From assembly GCA_963785305.1 (NCBI GenBank), contig CAWAUV010000009.1:128001-192000 (forward strand): 64,000 nucleotides of DNA, read 5' to 3'. The DNA is from an uncultured Planctomycetaceae bacterium (GTDB lineage Bacteria > Planctomycetota > Planctomycetia > Pirellulales > PALSA-1355). Of the stretch, positions 34,620-44,921 are shown piece by piece. The translations under genes were made by a program, and so were the position numbers. The notes beneath the pieces are model-generated. The model saw only the letters and a list, made by a program, of their open reading frames with translations. It did not search any database and was not told the origin of the DNA. Position 1 is the first letter of the stretch. The number at the start of each line of letters is the position of its first letter.

Positions 34620-35852
34620 ATGAACGGACAATCGCTATTTGCATTCTTGCTGCTGGCGGCAATTACCTTCGGACCAGCCACCGCGTCGGCGGCGCGAGCC
34701 CCGGCCAAGGAACCGCTCAAGGTCGTCATTCTCGCCGGGCAGTCGAACATGCAGGGGCACGCCAAAGTGTCGACTCTTGATTCCATGGCCGATGATCCGA
34801 CGACGGCGGCGATCCTCAAGGAGATGCGCGATGCCAATGGCGCGCCAAGGGTTTGCGAGAAAGTCTGGATTTCGTCCGTCGGCTGCGCCGGCGATGACTT
34901 CATCGAGCAAACAGGCAAACTGACGGCGGGCTTCGGGGCCGCGACCGACACCATCGGACCGGAATTCACGTTCGGCATTTACTTGGAAAAGCTGCTGGGC
35001 GAGCCCGTCCTGATCATCAAAACCGCCTGGGGTGGCAAGAGCCTGCACACGGATTTCCGTCCGCCCAGTTCCGGGCCATACGTCTGGAGCGACTACGAGT
35101 TGACCCAGTGTAAGAATCGGGGTGACGACCTGGAAAAAGACAAGGCCGACAAGCTCAAGGCCACCGGCGTGTACTACCGCCTGATGATCGAGCATGTGCG
35201 GCGCGTGCTGGCCGACATCAAGCGGGTGGCGCCGGAGTACGACGAAAAACAAGGTTACGAACTTGCCGGTTTCGTCTGGTTCCAAGGGTTCAACGATCTG
35301 GTCTCCGGCTGGACGTACGACAAAGGCAACCAGCCCGGGGGGTACGACATGTATGGGCAACTGCTGGCGGATTTCATTCGCGATGCGCGGAAAGATTTGT
35401 CGGCGCCGAAGATGCTCTTCTTGATAGGTGTCATGGGGATTGGCGGCACGAAGGAAGATGACAGGGCTGGCGACCAGAAGTACTTCCGCCAAGCCCAGGC
35501 CGCGCCGGCGTCGCTTCCTGAATTCAAGGGCAACGTCGTGGCAGTGCCGACGGCGCCCTTCTGGGACGACGATCTGGCCTCGCTGCAATCGCGGATGGAG
35601 GCCTGCTGGCCGAAGGTGGACGCGAGGGTCGCCGAGGAGATGAAGCAGGATCGGCAGGCGGAACGATGGGAGAACAAGATGACGATCATGGCCGAGAACT
35701 TCACGCCAGCGGAATGGAAACGCCTGCGGGGCGGCGTCTCCAATGGAGGCTACCACTATCTCGGCGCCGCCAAGATCATGGCGCCGATCGGCAAGGCATT
35801 TGCCGAGGAGATGGCAAATCTCCAAAAGACCCAGCCACGAGAGAAACGATGA
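34620..35852 (+). CDS. Secreted sialate O-acetylesterase (SASA) domain protein
   Basis: Signal peptide; ILAGQSNMQG, IGPEFTFG, KTAWGGKSL, GFVWFQG, YHYLG. Confidence 0.88.
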   Translation: MNGQSLFAFLLLAAITFGPATASAARAPAKEPLKVVILAGQSNMQGHAKVSTLDSMADDPTTAAILKEMRDANGAPRVCEKVWISSVGCAGDDFIEQTGKLTAGFGAATDTIGPEFTFGIYLEKLLGEPVLIIKTAWGGKSLHTDFRPPSSGPYVWSDYELTQCKNRGDDLEKDKADKLKATGVYYRLMIEHVRRVLADIKRVAPEYDEKQGYELAGFVWFQGFNDLVSGWTYDKGNQPGGYDMYGQLLADFIRDARKDLSAPKMLFLIGVMGIGGTKEDDRAGDQKYFRQAQAAPASLPEFKGNVVAVPTAPFWDDDLASLQSRMEACWPKVDARVAEEMKQDRQAERWENKMTIMAENFTPAEWKRLRGGVSNGGYHYLGAAKIMAPIGKAFAEEMANLQKTQPREKR

Positions 35853-36432
35853 AATGATTGCCAATTCCCGGGATCAATCGGTGACAACCCGTTCCCTTGC
35901 CTCTTGACTCGTTGGCCCTTCATTTCCTTGCCTTGCCTTGCATCGCCATCGCGGTCGCGGGCGTGGGTTCATTATCACGGCATCGACAGCCCGTGGACGC
36001 CGTGAGCGGTTTCGGGGCCGGACGCGGAAGCGCCGGGGTCGGTTCCACGATCCTGGTGTCACGGGTTTACGGGCGCCGAGGGGCGCCGACGCACCGCGCC
36101 CCGGCGACGTTCGACCGCAATCGATATCAATGAGCCCGTCGCCGCGAGAGTGGCGTGGTTGAAAAATGCTCCGATGGCAATTTTCAACAGGCGGCCGGGG
36201 CAAGGTGGCTTGGCGTCCGCCTAAGCGAGCCTTATAATGCGGCTCAGTGATTCGGTAGATTAGTTGAATGGCGCCCCGGCCGTGTCGGGGGGCTGGTCAG
36301 TGCATAAGCCGACGTGCTCGAATACCCGGGAGGGTATGCGGCCACGTCGGCTTTTTTCGTGTTTTCGCTTTCGATGTAGGGGACCGAAAACGAGCGAGCC
36401 AAAGCGGCCGTGGAAACGACTCCGAGAATCGA

Positions 36433-39141
36433 ATGTCAGAACTGAAACCTGAAGATGCGTTCCCTTTGCAGCCAGCGTGGTGCCGGGTCGGCCTCGCCAG
36501 CATTGGCGAGGCCGTGATCGCCACGGACGCCCAGGGGCGGGTCACGTTCCTGAACTCCGAGGCTCAATCCTTGACGGGCTGGTCGCAAGCCGAGGCAGTG
36601 GGCGTTTCACTGGAACACATTTTCCAAATCGTTCATCCCGAGACTCGGCAAGTGGTCGAGTGTCCCACGGTGCTGGCCTTGCGTGAAGGCGTGAATGTCG
36701 GACTAGCGAATCGTTCGCTGCTCATCGCCAAGGATGGCACGGAACGGCCCATTGGCCCGATTGACAACGGCGCCGTCCCCATTCGGGATGAACAAGGCGA
36801 GCTCTCCGGGGCCGTGCTGGTGTTTCGCGACGTGACCGAGCTCTACCACCAAGAGCAGGCGGTCAAAGCCGCTCTCGCATACGCCGACGACATTATCGCG
36901 ACCTTGCGAGAGCCGTTCGTCGTCCTCGACAAGAACCTGCGGGTCAAGACGGCGAACCATGCATTCTACAACACATTCCACGTCCAGAAGGAGGAAACGG
37001 AAGGCTGCTTCATCTTCGACCTGGGCAACAGGCAATGGAACATGCCTCGCCTGCGAACGCTGTTGGATGAAGTCTTGTCGAACCACCATCCCGTCCACGA
37101 CTTCGAGATGGAACACGATTTTCCGGCGATCGGCAAGAAGAGCATGCTGCTCAATGCCCGCCGCTTCGAGTCGGTCGCCACCCAACCGGAACTGATCCTG
37201 CTAGCCATTCAAGACATCACGGACCGCAAGCAGACCGAAACGGCATTGCGGCGGAGCGAGCAATGCCATCGGTTCATCCTGGACTCGATCCCGCAAAAGC
37301 TCGTCACCACCAAACCAGACGGTAGCGTTGACTACTTCAACCCTCAGTGGATGGAGTACACCGGCCTGACGTTCGAGCAAATCAAGGATTTCGGCTGGAC
37401 GCAGTTCATCCACCCCGATGATGTGGACGAGCACGTTCGAGAATGGCTAAACGCCACCAAGACCGGCCAGGTATACGAACACGAGAGTCGCTTCCGACGC
37501 GCGGATGGCGAGTACCGTTGGCATATCAGCCGGGGCGTGCCGATGCGGAACGAGGCGGGCCAGATCGTGATGTGGGTTGGAGCAAACACCGACATTCATG
37601 ACATCAAGCTGGTTGAAATGGCGTTGAAGGACTCGGAGATTCGTTATCGGCGGCTGTTCGAGACGGCCAAGGACGGCATCCTGATCCTCGACACGGAAAG
37701 TGGGCGAATCACCGATGCCAATCCGTTCATGAGCGAACTGCTGGGGTATGCCCACGAGCATTTCTTGGGCAAGGAACTTTGGGAAATCGGACTGTTCAGC
37801 GACAAGTCGGCCAACGAAGCCGCCGTGCGTACACTCCAAGAAAACGGCTACATTCGTTACGAACACTTGCCATTGGAAACGAGCCGTGGGCTGCGGGTCG
37901 AGGTCGAGGTTGTCGCCAACGCCTACCGGGAGGACCACCACAAAGTCATTCAGTGCAACATTCGGGACATCACGGAACGCAGTCGCCTGGAGAAACACAT
38001 GCAGGAGCAGACTTCGGCGCTGGCTGATCTGCACCGCCGCAAGGATGAGTTCTTGGCGATGCTCAGCCACGAGCTCCGCAGCCCGCTCGCTCCCATCTCC
38101 AACGCCGTGCATCTGCTCCGTCTAAGGAAAAACGAGGATCCGCTCCAGCAAAAAGCCCTGACCATCATCGAGCGTCAAGTGGCTCAACTGACTCGACTGG
38201 TCGACGACCTGATGGAAGTGTCCCGCATTACCACCGGCAGGGTTCAACTTCGCCTGGATCGAGTCGTGGTGAGCGGCATCGTGGAACGCGCGATCGAGTC
38301 GGCTCGCCCCTTGATCGACCGACATCGACATGAGCTCACGGTGTCGTTGCCGCCGCAACCGATCTGGCTAAGCGCCGACGCTTCCCGGCTGGAGCAGGTC
38401 GTGGTGAATTTGCTGACCAATGCCGCCAAATACACCGAGGAAGGCGGTCGTATTTGGCTGACCGTGCGTGAAGATGGTCAGGAGTGCGTATTGAGCGTTC
38501 GTGATTCGGGCGTCGGCATCGCCCCCGAACTGCTGCCTTGCATTTTCGATCTTTTCACGCAGGCGGAACGATCATTGGCCCGCTCCCAAGGCGGATTGGG
38601 TATCGGGTTGGCGTTGGTCCATCGACTGGTGGAGATGCACGGAGGAAAGGTCACGGTTCACAGCAGTTTGGGGCAAGGCAGCGAGTTTGTCGTGCGCTTG
38701 CCGCTGATGGCGAATCCCGCGCTAGAGCCGCCCTCGACGGACAAGGATACCGCCGAACCGACGGCGCCCTGCTTGCGGATACTGGTGGTGGACGACAGCC
38801 TGGACACGGCCGAGAGTTTGGCGTTGTTGTTGCAAGAGCGTGGACATGATGTTCGCGTCGCGCATGATGGCCCGACCGCGCTCGACGTGGCTCGCGATTA
38901 CCGACCAGACGTGGTGCTGTTGGACATCGGCTTGCCGAAACTCGACGGTTATGAGGTAGCGAAGCGGCTGCGGCGCCAACCGGCTTTCCAGGGCGTGGCG
39001 TTGGTCGCCATGACCGGCTACGGTCAGGAGTCGGACCGCCAGCGTTCGCGGGAAGCGGGGTTCGATCACCATTTGTCCAAGCCCGCCGACTTTGGAAAGC
39101 TGCAACAAATCTTGTCGACCGTCTCCGCGAAAGGAACGTGA
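36433..39141 (+). CDS. Multi-PAS hybrid sensor histidine kinase
   Basis: Four PAS/PAC domains, FLAMLSHELRSPL, NLLTNAAKYT, DSGVGI, GLGIGL, C-terminal receiver (VVDD...LLDIGLP...K). Confidence 0.93.
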   Translation: MSELKPEDAFPLQPAWCRVGLASIGEAVIATDAQGRVTFLNSEAQSLTGWSQAEAVGVSLEHIFQIVHPETRQVVECPTVLALREGVNVGLANRSLLIAKDGTERPIGPIDNGAVPIRDEQGELSGAVLVFRDVTELYHQEQAVKAALAYADDIIATLREPFVVLDKNLRVKTANHAFYNTFHVQKEETEGCFIFDLGNRQWNMPRLRTLLDEVLSNHHPVHDFEMEHDFPAIGKKSMLLNARRFESVATQPELILLAIQDITDRKQTETALRRSEQCHRFILDSIPQKLVTTKPDGSVDYFNPQWMEYTGLTFEQIKDFGWTQFIHPDDVDEHVREWLNATKTGQVYEHESRFRRADGEYRWHISRGVPMRNEAGQIVMWVGANTDIHDIKLVEMALKDSEIRYRRLFETAKDGILILDTESGRITDANPFMSELLGYAHEHFLGKELWEIGLFSDKSANEAAVRTLQENGYIRYEHLPLETSRGLRVEVEVVANAYREDHHKVIQCNIRDITERSRLEKHMQEQTSALADLHRRKDEFLAMLSHELRSPLAPISNAVHLLRLRKNEDPLQQKALTIIERQVAQLTRLVDDLMEVSRITTGRVQLRLDRVVVSGIVERAIESARPLIDRHRHELTVSLPPQPIWLSADASRLEQVVVNLLTNAAKYTEEGGRIWLTVREDGQECVLSVRDSGVGIAPELLPCIFDLFTQAERSLARSQGGLGIGLALVHRLVEMHGGKVTVHSSLGQGSEFVVRLPLMANPALEPPSTDKDTAEPTAPCLRILVVDDSLDTAESLALLLQERGHDVRVAHDGPTALDVARDYRPDVVLLDIGLPKLDGYEVAKRLRRQPAFQGVALVAMTGYGQESDRQRSREAGFDHHLSKPADFGKLQQILSTVSAKGT

Positions 39142-39986
39142 TGGATTCTCTTCGAGTTCTCGTCGTGGATGACAATCGCGATGGCGCCGACACCATGAGC
39201 TTGGTCGTCGATGAACTCGGCCACGAGGCGCATGTGACCTACGGCGGGAAGCAGGCGTTCGACGTCGCGACCGTATTTCGGCCCGATCTGATGCTCATTG
39301 ATTTGGCGATGCCCGACTTGGATGGCTGCTCGCTCGTGACTAAATTTCGTCAAAACCCTACTTTCGCGCGAACAAGAATCGTGGCCATCACCGGCCATTC
39401 CGACGAGGGCCACAAAACCTTGGCGATGAAGGCTGGATTCGACGCGGTTCTCTTCAAGCCCGTTACATTGGCGGACATCGAGACGGCGCTGGCGAGTGTC
39501 GCTCCCCGGGTTGGACACACGGCCCACTCAAAACCACCTCCCGCTGGCGGTAGCCCTGGGTCCGAGCATCGCTTGACGATCGGCGAAGCGCGGCGAATCA
39601 GGAACCAACGCAAATCGAAAACGCTGACGGAATCCGAATGCGAAGCCGCCATCTGCGAGGGGATGATTCGCTTTCAAGAGGAATATCTGGGGTGGCGGTC
39701 GGAGCGGATTCAGGTCCACTTCATCAAGGACCTGCTCGTGGTCCGCATTCACGGCGTTTTGACTCTTGCCGAGCGACAACTCGGCAAATCATCGTCGCCC
39801 GACCAGGGTCGTGATCTCATCAAGCAAGTGCGGAAGCAACTCCTGGAGTTGGCGCGCCCGATGGTGGAATCAATGATCCACGAGGTCGCGGGCGTGAAGG
39901 CGGTGAGCATGCACCATGACCTTAGCACCGTGACTGGCGAGGAAGTGGTCGTTTTTCCATTGGCCGAAGCCCCTCGCTTCCGATAA
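39138..39986 (+). CDS. Response regulator receiver fused to DUF2294/MpsC-like domain
   Basis: VLVVDD...LIDLAMP...FKP; then EAAICEGMIRFQEEYLG...GVLTLAERQL...SMHHDLSTVTGEEVVVF. Confidence 0.85.
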   Translation: MMDSLRVLVVDDNRDGADTMSLVVDELGHEAHVTYGGKQAFDVATVFRPDLMLIDLAMPDLDGCSLVTKFRQNPTFARTRIVAITGHSDEGHKTLAMKAGFDAVLFKPVTLADIETALASVAPRVGHTAHSKPPPAGGSPGSEHRLTIGEARRIRNQRKSKTLTESECEAAICEGMIRFQEEYLGWRSERIQVHFIKDLLVVRIHGVLTLAERQLGKSSSPDQGRDLIKQVRKQLLELARPMVESMIHEVAGVKAVSMHHDLSTVTGEEVVVFPLAEAPRFR

Positions 39987-40015
39987 CGGCGCAACAATCC
40001 TCGCCAGGGTGTTCA

Positions 40016-40399
40016 ATGACCACGCTTCAAACGAAATTACGCGTCTTGGTTGTCGATGACGACGCGGACCATGCTTCGAGTTTGGCGATGCTGCTGACGG
40101 AGCACGGTCACGACTCCCATGTATGCCCGCACGCCAAGGATTGCATGGAAGCCGTGGAACGACTACGGCCTCAAGTAATCCTGCTTGACTTGGCGATGCC
40201 GGGCATGACCGGCTACGAAATCGCGCGGGAAATACAAGATAACCCCGACCTACGTCCGGCCTGTTTGGTCGCGGTGACCGGCTTCGGCCAAGAACTGGAC
40301 CGAGTGCAAACGAAACTCCTTGGCTTCGACCATCACTTATTGAAGCCGGTGCATTTCCAGGAATTGGAAGCCCTCGTCCGATCAGTCCAGGTTGAATAG
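40016..40399 (+). CDS. Single-domain response regulator
   Basis: LRVLVVDDD, LLDLAMP, AVTG, HLLKP. Confidence 0.9.
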   Translation: MTTLQTKLRVLVVDDDADHASSLAMLLTEHGHDSHVCPHAKDCMEAVERLRPQVILLDLAMPGMTGYEIAREIQDNPDLRPACLVAVTGFGQELDRVQTKLLGFDHHLLKPVHFQELEALVRSVQVE

Positions 40400-40410
40400 G
40401 CGCCGGAATC

Positions 40411-40453
40411 GAGGGCCGATCCGCGAACTTCGGTGAGCCCTCGCCCTACTCCC
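40411..40453. repeat. Partial MITE-like copy 3
   Basis: gagggccgatccgcgaacttcggtgagccctcgccctactccc matches the left half of 32456-32541. Confidence 0.6.
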
Positions 40454-40572
40454 GTTGCCCTGGAAGCGGCCAGCGGTGGCCCGTTTGCAAGCGCCCGATG
40501 ACACCTGCCCTCACTTACGTTTCGGGTTGTGATGGGAAAGACCCGCGCCGCCGTTCTTTACCCGAAGCGTCG

Positions 40573-41424
40573 CTAGTTCGCGGCCAACAGCTTGGCTTTG
40601 AGGCGATCGAGCAGGGCGACCGCCCGGCCGATCTCGGCCTTTTGCCGCTCGGGCTCTTGCGGAATTTCGCGTTCGATCGTGAGCGGCCCGCGGTAGCCGA
40701 TCGTTTGAAGCGTGGCGAGAAAGCGTTCGATGTCGACTTGGCCCTCGCCCAGCGGAGTCTCGGCGCCCCAAGTCTCGCCCGGCCGGTCCGACCAGCGCCC
40801 GTCCTTGCAATGCACGCTCGCCACATGGGCCCCCAATTGTTCGAGGGCGGGAATCGGCTCGCCGGCGCCATAGAGAATCATGTTCGCGGGATCGAAGTTG
40901 ACCCGCAAGTTCGCGCGCTCCACATCGCCGAGAAAGGCCAAGAGCGCGGCGGCTGATTCTTGGCCGGTTTCCAGATGCAGGCTCTGGCTCTGGGCTTGGC
41001 AATGATCGCACAATTTCCGGGTCACGTCGAGAATCGCCCGATATTCATCGCCTTGGCGATCGTGTGGCACGAAGCCCAAGTGCAACGCCACGACCCCCAC
41101 GCCAAGCCGCCGGGCATAGTCGGCGATTTCGCGCATTTCCTTGAGCCGGACCGCGCGGGTCGCGGGGGGCACGAGACCCACGGTTCGCGCCACGGTGGGA
41201 ATATCGGCGTAGCTTTCGCCCTCGAAGCCGCCAAAGACCGCGGTCACGCGGAGATCGTATTCGGCGAGCCGATCGAGAAACGCGGCCGCCTCGCCCGCCG
41301 TGCGCCGAGCGGCGCTCGGCGCATGCAAGTGGACCGTTGAAACCCCGAGTTCAGCGGCTACCGACAGCCGCGCTCCGAGCCCCGAATCGACACTGGCGAA
41401 TACGCCCAGCGGCCAAATATCCAT
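40573..41424 (-). CDS. Sugar phosphate isomerase/epimerase (xylose-isomerase-like TIM barrel)
   Basis: LHLETGQE, VNFDPANM, VHCKD, LTIERE. Confidence 0.9.
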   Translation of the reverse strand: MDIWPLGVFASVDSGLGARLSVAAELGVSTVHLHAPSAARRTAGEAAAFLDRLAEYDLRVTAVFGGFEGESYADIPTVARTVGLVPPATRAVRLKEMREIADYARRLGVGVVALHLGFVPHDRQGDEYRAILDVTRKLCDHCQAQSQSLHLETGQESAAALLAFLGDVERANLRVNFDPANMILYGAGEPIPALEQLGAHVASVHCKDGRWSDRPGETWGAETPLGEGQVDIERFLATLQTIGYRGPLTIEREIPQEPERQKAEIGRAVALLDRLKAKLLAAN

Positions 41425-41537
41425 GCCACGAATATCCCCGGGGAATCGAAAAACGAGCGACGCGCAAATCCGCGGCCAACACCGCCGCGACGGATTGGAA
41501 GCACGGCTTGGCGGCCTGTTGCACGGCTCAACAGGCT

Positions 41538-43223
41538 TTACATGTACTTCGAGATATCGGGCTTCACGCCCTCGGGAGTTTCGTCGGAGTCGATGTCGAA
41601 CCATTTTTTGTCGAACTCGATCCGGCGATTCTCGCGCATCGCGATGTTCGTGGTGAGCGCGATCACCGCGTCGCCCAGCGCCACCTTGGGATTGCAGCGA
41701 GGCACATGCTTCGGGTCGGGATTGCGAATGCACCAGGCCCAGTGCTCGAGTTCCTCGGTGTAGCCGCGGCTGGGCGGGCCGCTTTCGAGCGCCTGCTTGC
41801 CCACGGCCGCCGCCTCGCCGCCGCCGCTTTGCGTGGTGTCGAGCGTGGGAACGCTCGAGGTCGACTTGCTCACGGCGATCTTCGTGTTGGTCGCCGCGTG
41901 CGATTCGTCGTCGGCGATCGGGAAAAGCAGCACTTCTTGTTCGCGCTCCAGCAGCAAAGTGCCCTTGGTGCCGAGCACCGTCTCGCCATAGCCGCCCCAG
42001 CCGTTGCCGTTGATCGAGCTATAGGTGACGCCGATCACCTTCGACGGGTCTTCGTCGTATTTCGGGCCCGGGAATTCGTAAATGCAATACACATGGTCCT
42101 CGCAGTCGCGATCGACCGGGAACAGATTGCGATTGCCCACGGCCGACACCGTGAGCGGCAGGGCCTTTTCGCCATCGGACCGCAGACCGGAGATGAAGAT
42201 GCCCGAGGCATCGAGCTGATGGCTGCCGAGCTCGGCCATGAGGCCGCCGCCGGTGCGATTCCAAAGTCGCCAGCGAATGAGTTCTTCCATCGCCGGGCGA
42301 TTGCGACCGCCGGGCAGGGTGATGTCTTCGTAGCCGTAGGCGCGGGGATCGAGCTGCGAGTCGGCGATTTGGGCCTCGGTCTGCGCGACCAGGGCTTGCA
42401 GCCGGTCGATGTTCGAGTCCCTGGCGCCGACCAGTTCGCTCTTGAGACGTTCGAGCGTCACTTGCAGTTTCTTATCGCCAGGCAAGGGCGGCTGCCAACT
42501 ATCGTGGCCGGGCAGGTTGCCGCGATTCCATTGGGCGCGAATATGGTGAATATCGCCGATCGTGCCGCGGCGAATCGTGTCGACCGCGTTGTCATATAAG
42601 ATGCTGTAGTGCCGCTGATGGCCCACGGCCAGGATCTTGTCGAGCTTTTTCGCCATGCGCGCCATTTCCTTGCACTCATGCACGCTATGGCCCATGAGCT
42701 TTTCGGTGATCACATGCTTGCCGGCCTTCATGGCTTCGATCACCACCGGGGCGTGCATATGCAAGGGCAGGGCGGTGATGATCGCTTCGACGTCGGGATC
42801 GGCCAAGAGGTCGTGATAGTCCTTGTCGTAGACCTTCACATTTCGCCGGGCCTCGTCTTCGCTCTTCCAGCCGTATTTGGTCATCAGGCCGCAGCGATTC
42901 TTGAGCGCGCTCTCGCTCGAATGGTCGCCGTGGAAGGCGCGGTGGATGTTGTAAGGGCGAATGTCGGCGATGGCCACCACCTGGATATAGCTCGGCGTGA
43001 TTGCGTTGAGCAGCACATTGCCCTCGTCGCCCGTGCCGATGAAGCCGACGCGCAGCGGGCTGCTCAGCGCCTTTTCATAGCCGAAGTACATGGCGCCCAG
43101 GCCGGCGCCCGAGACCGCCCCGGCCAAGAGTCCGCCCTTGAGAAAGTCGCGGCGGTTCATGCCCACGGTTTCGTAGAACTTGGCCTTGCCGGCGTCTTTT
43201 TGTTCTTTCGAGAGATTTTTCAT
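41538..43223 (-). CDS. Gfo/Idh/MocA oxidoreductase with Tat-like motif
   Basis: NRRDFLK, GFIGTGDEG, KHVITEKLM, VGHQRH, ELGSHQLD. Confidence 0.92.
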   Translation of the reverse strand: MKNLSKEQKDAGKAKFYETVGMNRRDFLKGGLLAGAVSGAGLGAMYFGYEKALSSPLRVGFIGTGDEGNVLLNAITPSYIQVVAIADIRPYNIHRAFHGDHSSESALKNRCGLMTKYGWKSEDEARRNVKVYDKDYHDLLADPDVEAIITALPLHMHAPVVIEAMKAGKHVITEKLMGHSVHECKEMARMAKKLDKILAVGHQRHYSILYDNAVDTIRRGTIGDIHHIRAQWNRGNLPGHDSWQPPLPGDKKLQVTLERLKSELVGARDSNIDRLQALVAQTEAQIADSQLDPRAYGYEDITLPGGRNRPAMEELIRWRLWNRTGGGLMAELGSHQLDASGIFISGLRSDGEKALPLTVSAVGNRNLFPVDRDCEDHVYCIYEFPGPKYDEDPSKVIGVTYSSINGNGWGGYGETVLGTKGTLLLEREQEVLLFPIADDESHAATNTKIAVSKSTSSVPTLDTTQSGGGEAAAVGKQALESGPPSRGYTEELEHWAWCIRNPDPKHVPRCNPKVALGDAVIALTTNIAMRENRRIEFDKKWFDIDSDETPEGVKPDISKYM

Positions 43224-43335
43224 CGTAGCGCCTCTGAGCTAGGGGAGCCTTGATCCTCGGCGGGCGAGGATGCTGGGAATGTTGATCGGGTCGGTGGACG
43301 CGAGACTCGCGAAATACGCGCCGGGTTGTTTGGGT

Positions 43336-44343
43336 CTAAGGGCGCGAGCGTCGCCCGAAAAGATAGTGCGGGAAAAAGTCGAGCCCACCCCAGCGTCCCA
43401 CCGGCACGGTGGCCAGCGCGGCGAGGGACAGCATTTCCACGATTTGATTAAATGTCGGTTGCGCGTCGGCCACCCAAAACGGCTGGCTCAGCGCGATCGA
43501 AAGCAAGAAGGCCACGCCCAACACGCACGCCAACCGCGTGAACAACCCCAAGATCAAGCACGCGCCCACGACCGTGATGCCGTAGGACAAGCCCAGATCG
43601 ATCTTGTCGAGCGTCGTGCGCGAGCCCGGCGCCGGGCCGCGGGCTTGCTGCTCGGGTTCGAGCAAAGCGTCGAGCTCCGAGTGGAATCCGCTTTCGATAT
43701 TTTTCAGTTGCGCTGTCCAGCCGCCGGTCTCTTTCTTGAGCAGTGTCTGCTTCTCCGTGATCCGCTGCTTTTGATAGGGAATGTCGCCCGAAGCCGTTTC
43801 GCGCCGCGATTTTTCCCAGCGCGACCATTCGTGCAGGTGATCTTCGAGCGTCTTGGCGTTGGTGGCCAGCCAGTCCATGACCTGGGCCTGGCGGCGCTGC
43901 AGAATCACTTCCGCTTCCGAACGCTGATCGTCGGTCAGTTGAAAGTGTTTGACAAACGCTTCCAGATCGCGGGCCATGTCCTCTTGAAACCGGGCGCCCC
44001 AGCGCATCAATGGCTCGATCGCCTCGGCCTCGGAGTCGCGAATCGGGTGCTCCTTGCGCATCTCGGCCGAGAACTTGTCGGCCGCCTGCTTGCTCGCGAG
44101 CATGTCGAGCGAAGCGTCATCGCGCGGGCCATGCAATGCCGCCTCCCAATGATGAAATTCGGGCAGCACCGCTTGATAGCGGTCGGCAAGGGGCCCCTTG
44201 GCGGCCTTGAGAAACGACTCGCTCGACCAATGCTTCTCCGTGAGGTGATGCACGCCTTCGCTATAAAAATGCCAGCCGATCGCCAGCCGCAACAGCACCA
44301 GCGTCAGCATTGTCAAGAAGCCGTAGCGCACACGGTCGGACAT
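43336..44343 (-). CDS. DoxX-family membrane protein with large soluble insert
   Basis: LLRLAIGWHFYSEG; GACLILGLFTRLA; GRWGGLD. Confidence 0.88.
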   Translation of the reverse strand: MSDRVRYGFLTMLTLVLLRLAIGWHFYSEGVHHLTEKHWSSESFLKAAKGPLADRYQAVLPEFHHWEAALHGPRDDASLDMLASKQAADKFSAEMRKEHPIRDSEAEAIEPLMRWGARFQEDMARDLEAFVKHFQLTDDQRSEAEVILQRRQAQVMDWLATNAKTLEDHLHEWSRWEKSRRETASGDIPYQKQRITEKQTLLKKETGGWTAQLKNIESGFHSELDALLEPEQQARGPAPGSRTTLDKIDLGLSYGITVVGACLILGLFTRLACVLGVAFLLSIALSQPFWVADAQPTFNQIVEMLSLAALATVPVGRWGGLDFFPHYLFGRRSRP

Positions 44344-44468
44344 CGGTAGCGAACCTCCGCCTGGAGTCTATGGTCTGGAGCCTGAAAGCTTGGCCCCTGG
44401 GCGATGCGTCAAAAAAATTGGAAAACGTCGCGCGCGAAAAGCAAACGCGGCGCGGCTAGCGCCCGCCA

Positions 44469-44644
44469 ACTAGTGCTTTGTCACGGTTGAAATGACGGAT
44501 TGGATTCGTTCCGTGTGCCATGCCCACGGCCCTGCGTGGGCATGAGGACCGTGCGTTGCGCTTGAGAACATGCCCACGCAAGCGTGGGCATGGCACACGC
44601 GAAAACCGAATTATCCATCATTTCAGCCGTAAAGGAGCACTAGT
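44469..44644. mobile_element. 176-bp MITE-like element carrying a REP doublet
   Basis: 32-bp imperfect IR (actagtgctttgtcacggttgaaatgacggat / atccatcatttcagccgtaaaggagcactagt) enclosing two catgcccacg...cgtgggcatg palindromes. Confidence 0.78.
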
Positions 44645-44921
44645 CGGCCTCCTGAATTGTTTTGACGCTTAAGCAAACTTGACGCTTATTGTAAAATACG
44701 GAATTACTCTTGGCCAGAGGCGGCTCGCCAACGGACCCAGGAACACCGAATCTGCCCCGCCACGCGGCAAGGGCAACCAATCCTCCCGCGAGATTCCTTA
44801 CGAAAGCGGGCCCGATTGGTTCGGGCGACGCCGCGCCGTTCCTCGCTCCGTCCACACGGGGCGTTTTCCTAATCCGCTCGTGGGTGATTTTCATTTACCT
44901 TTTGAAACGAAGTTTTGCGTT

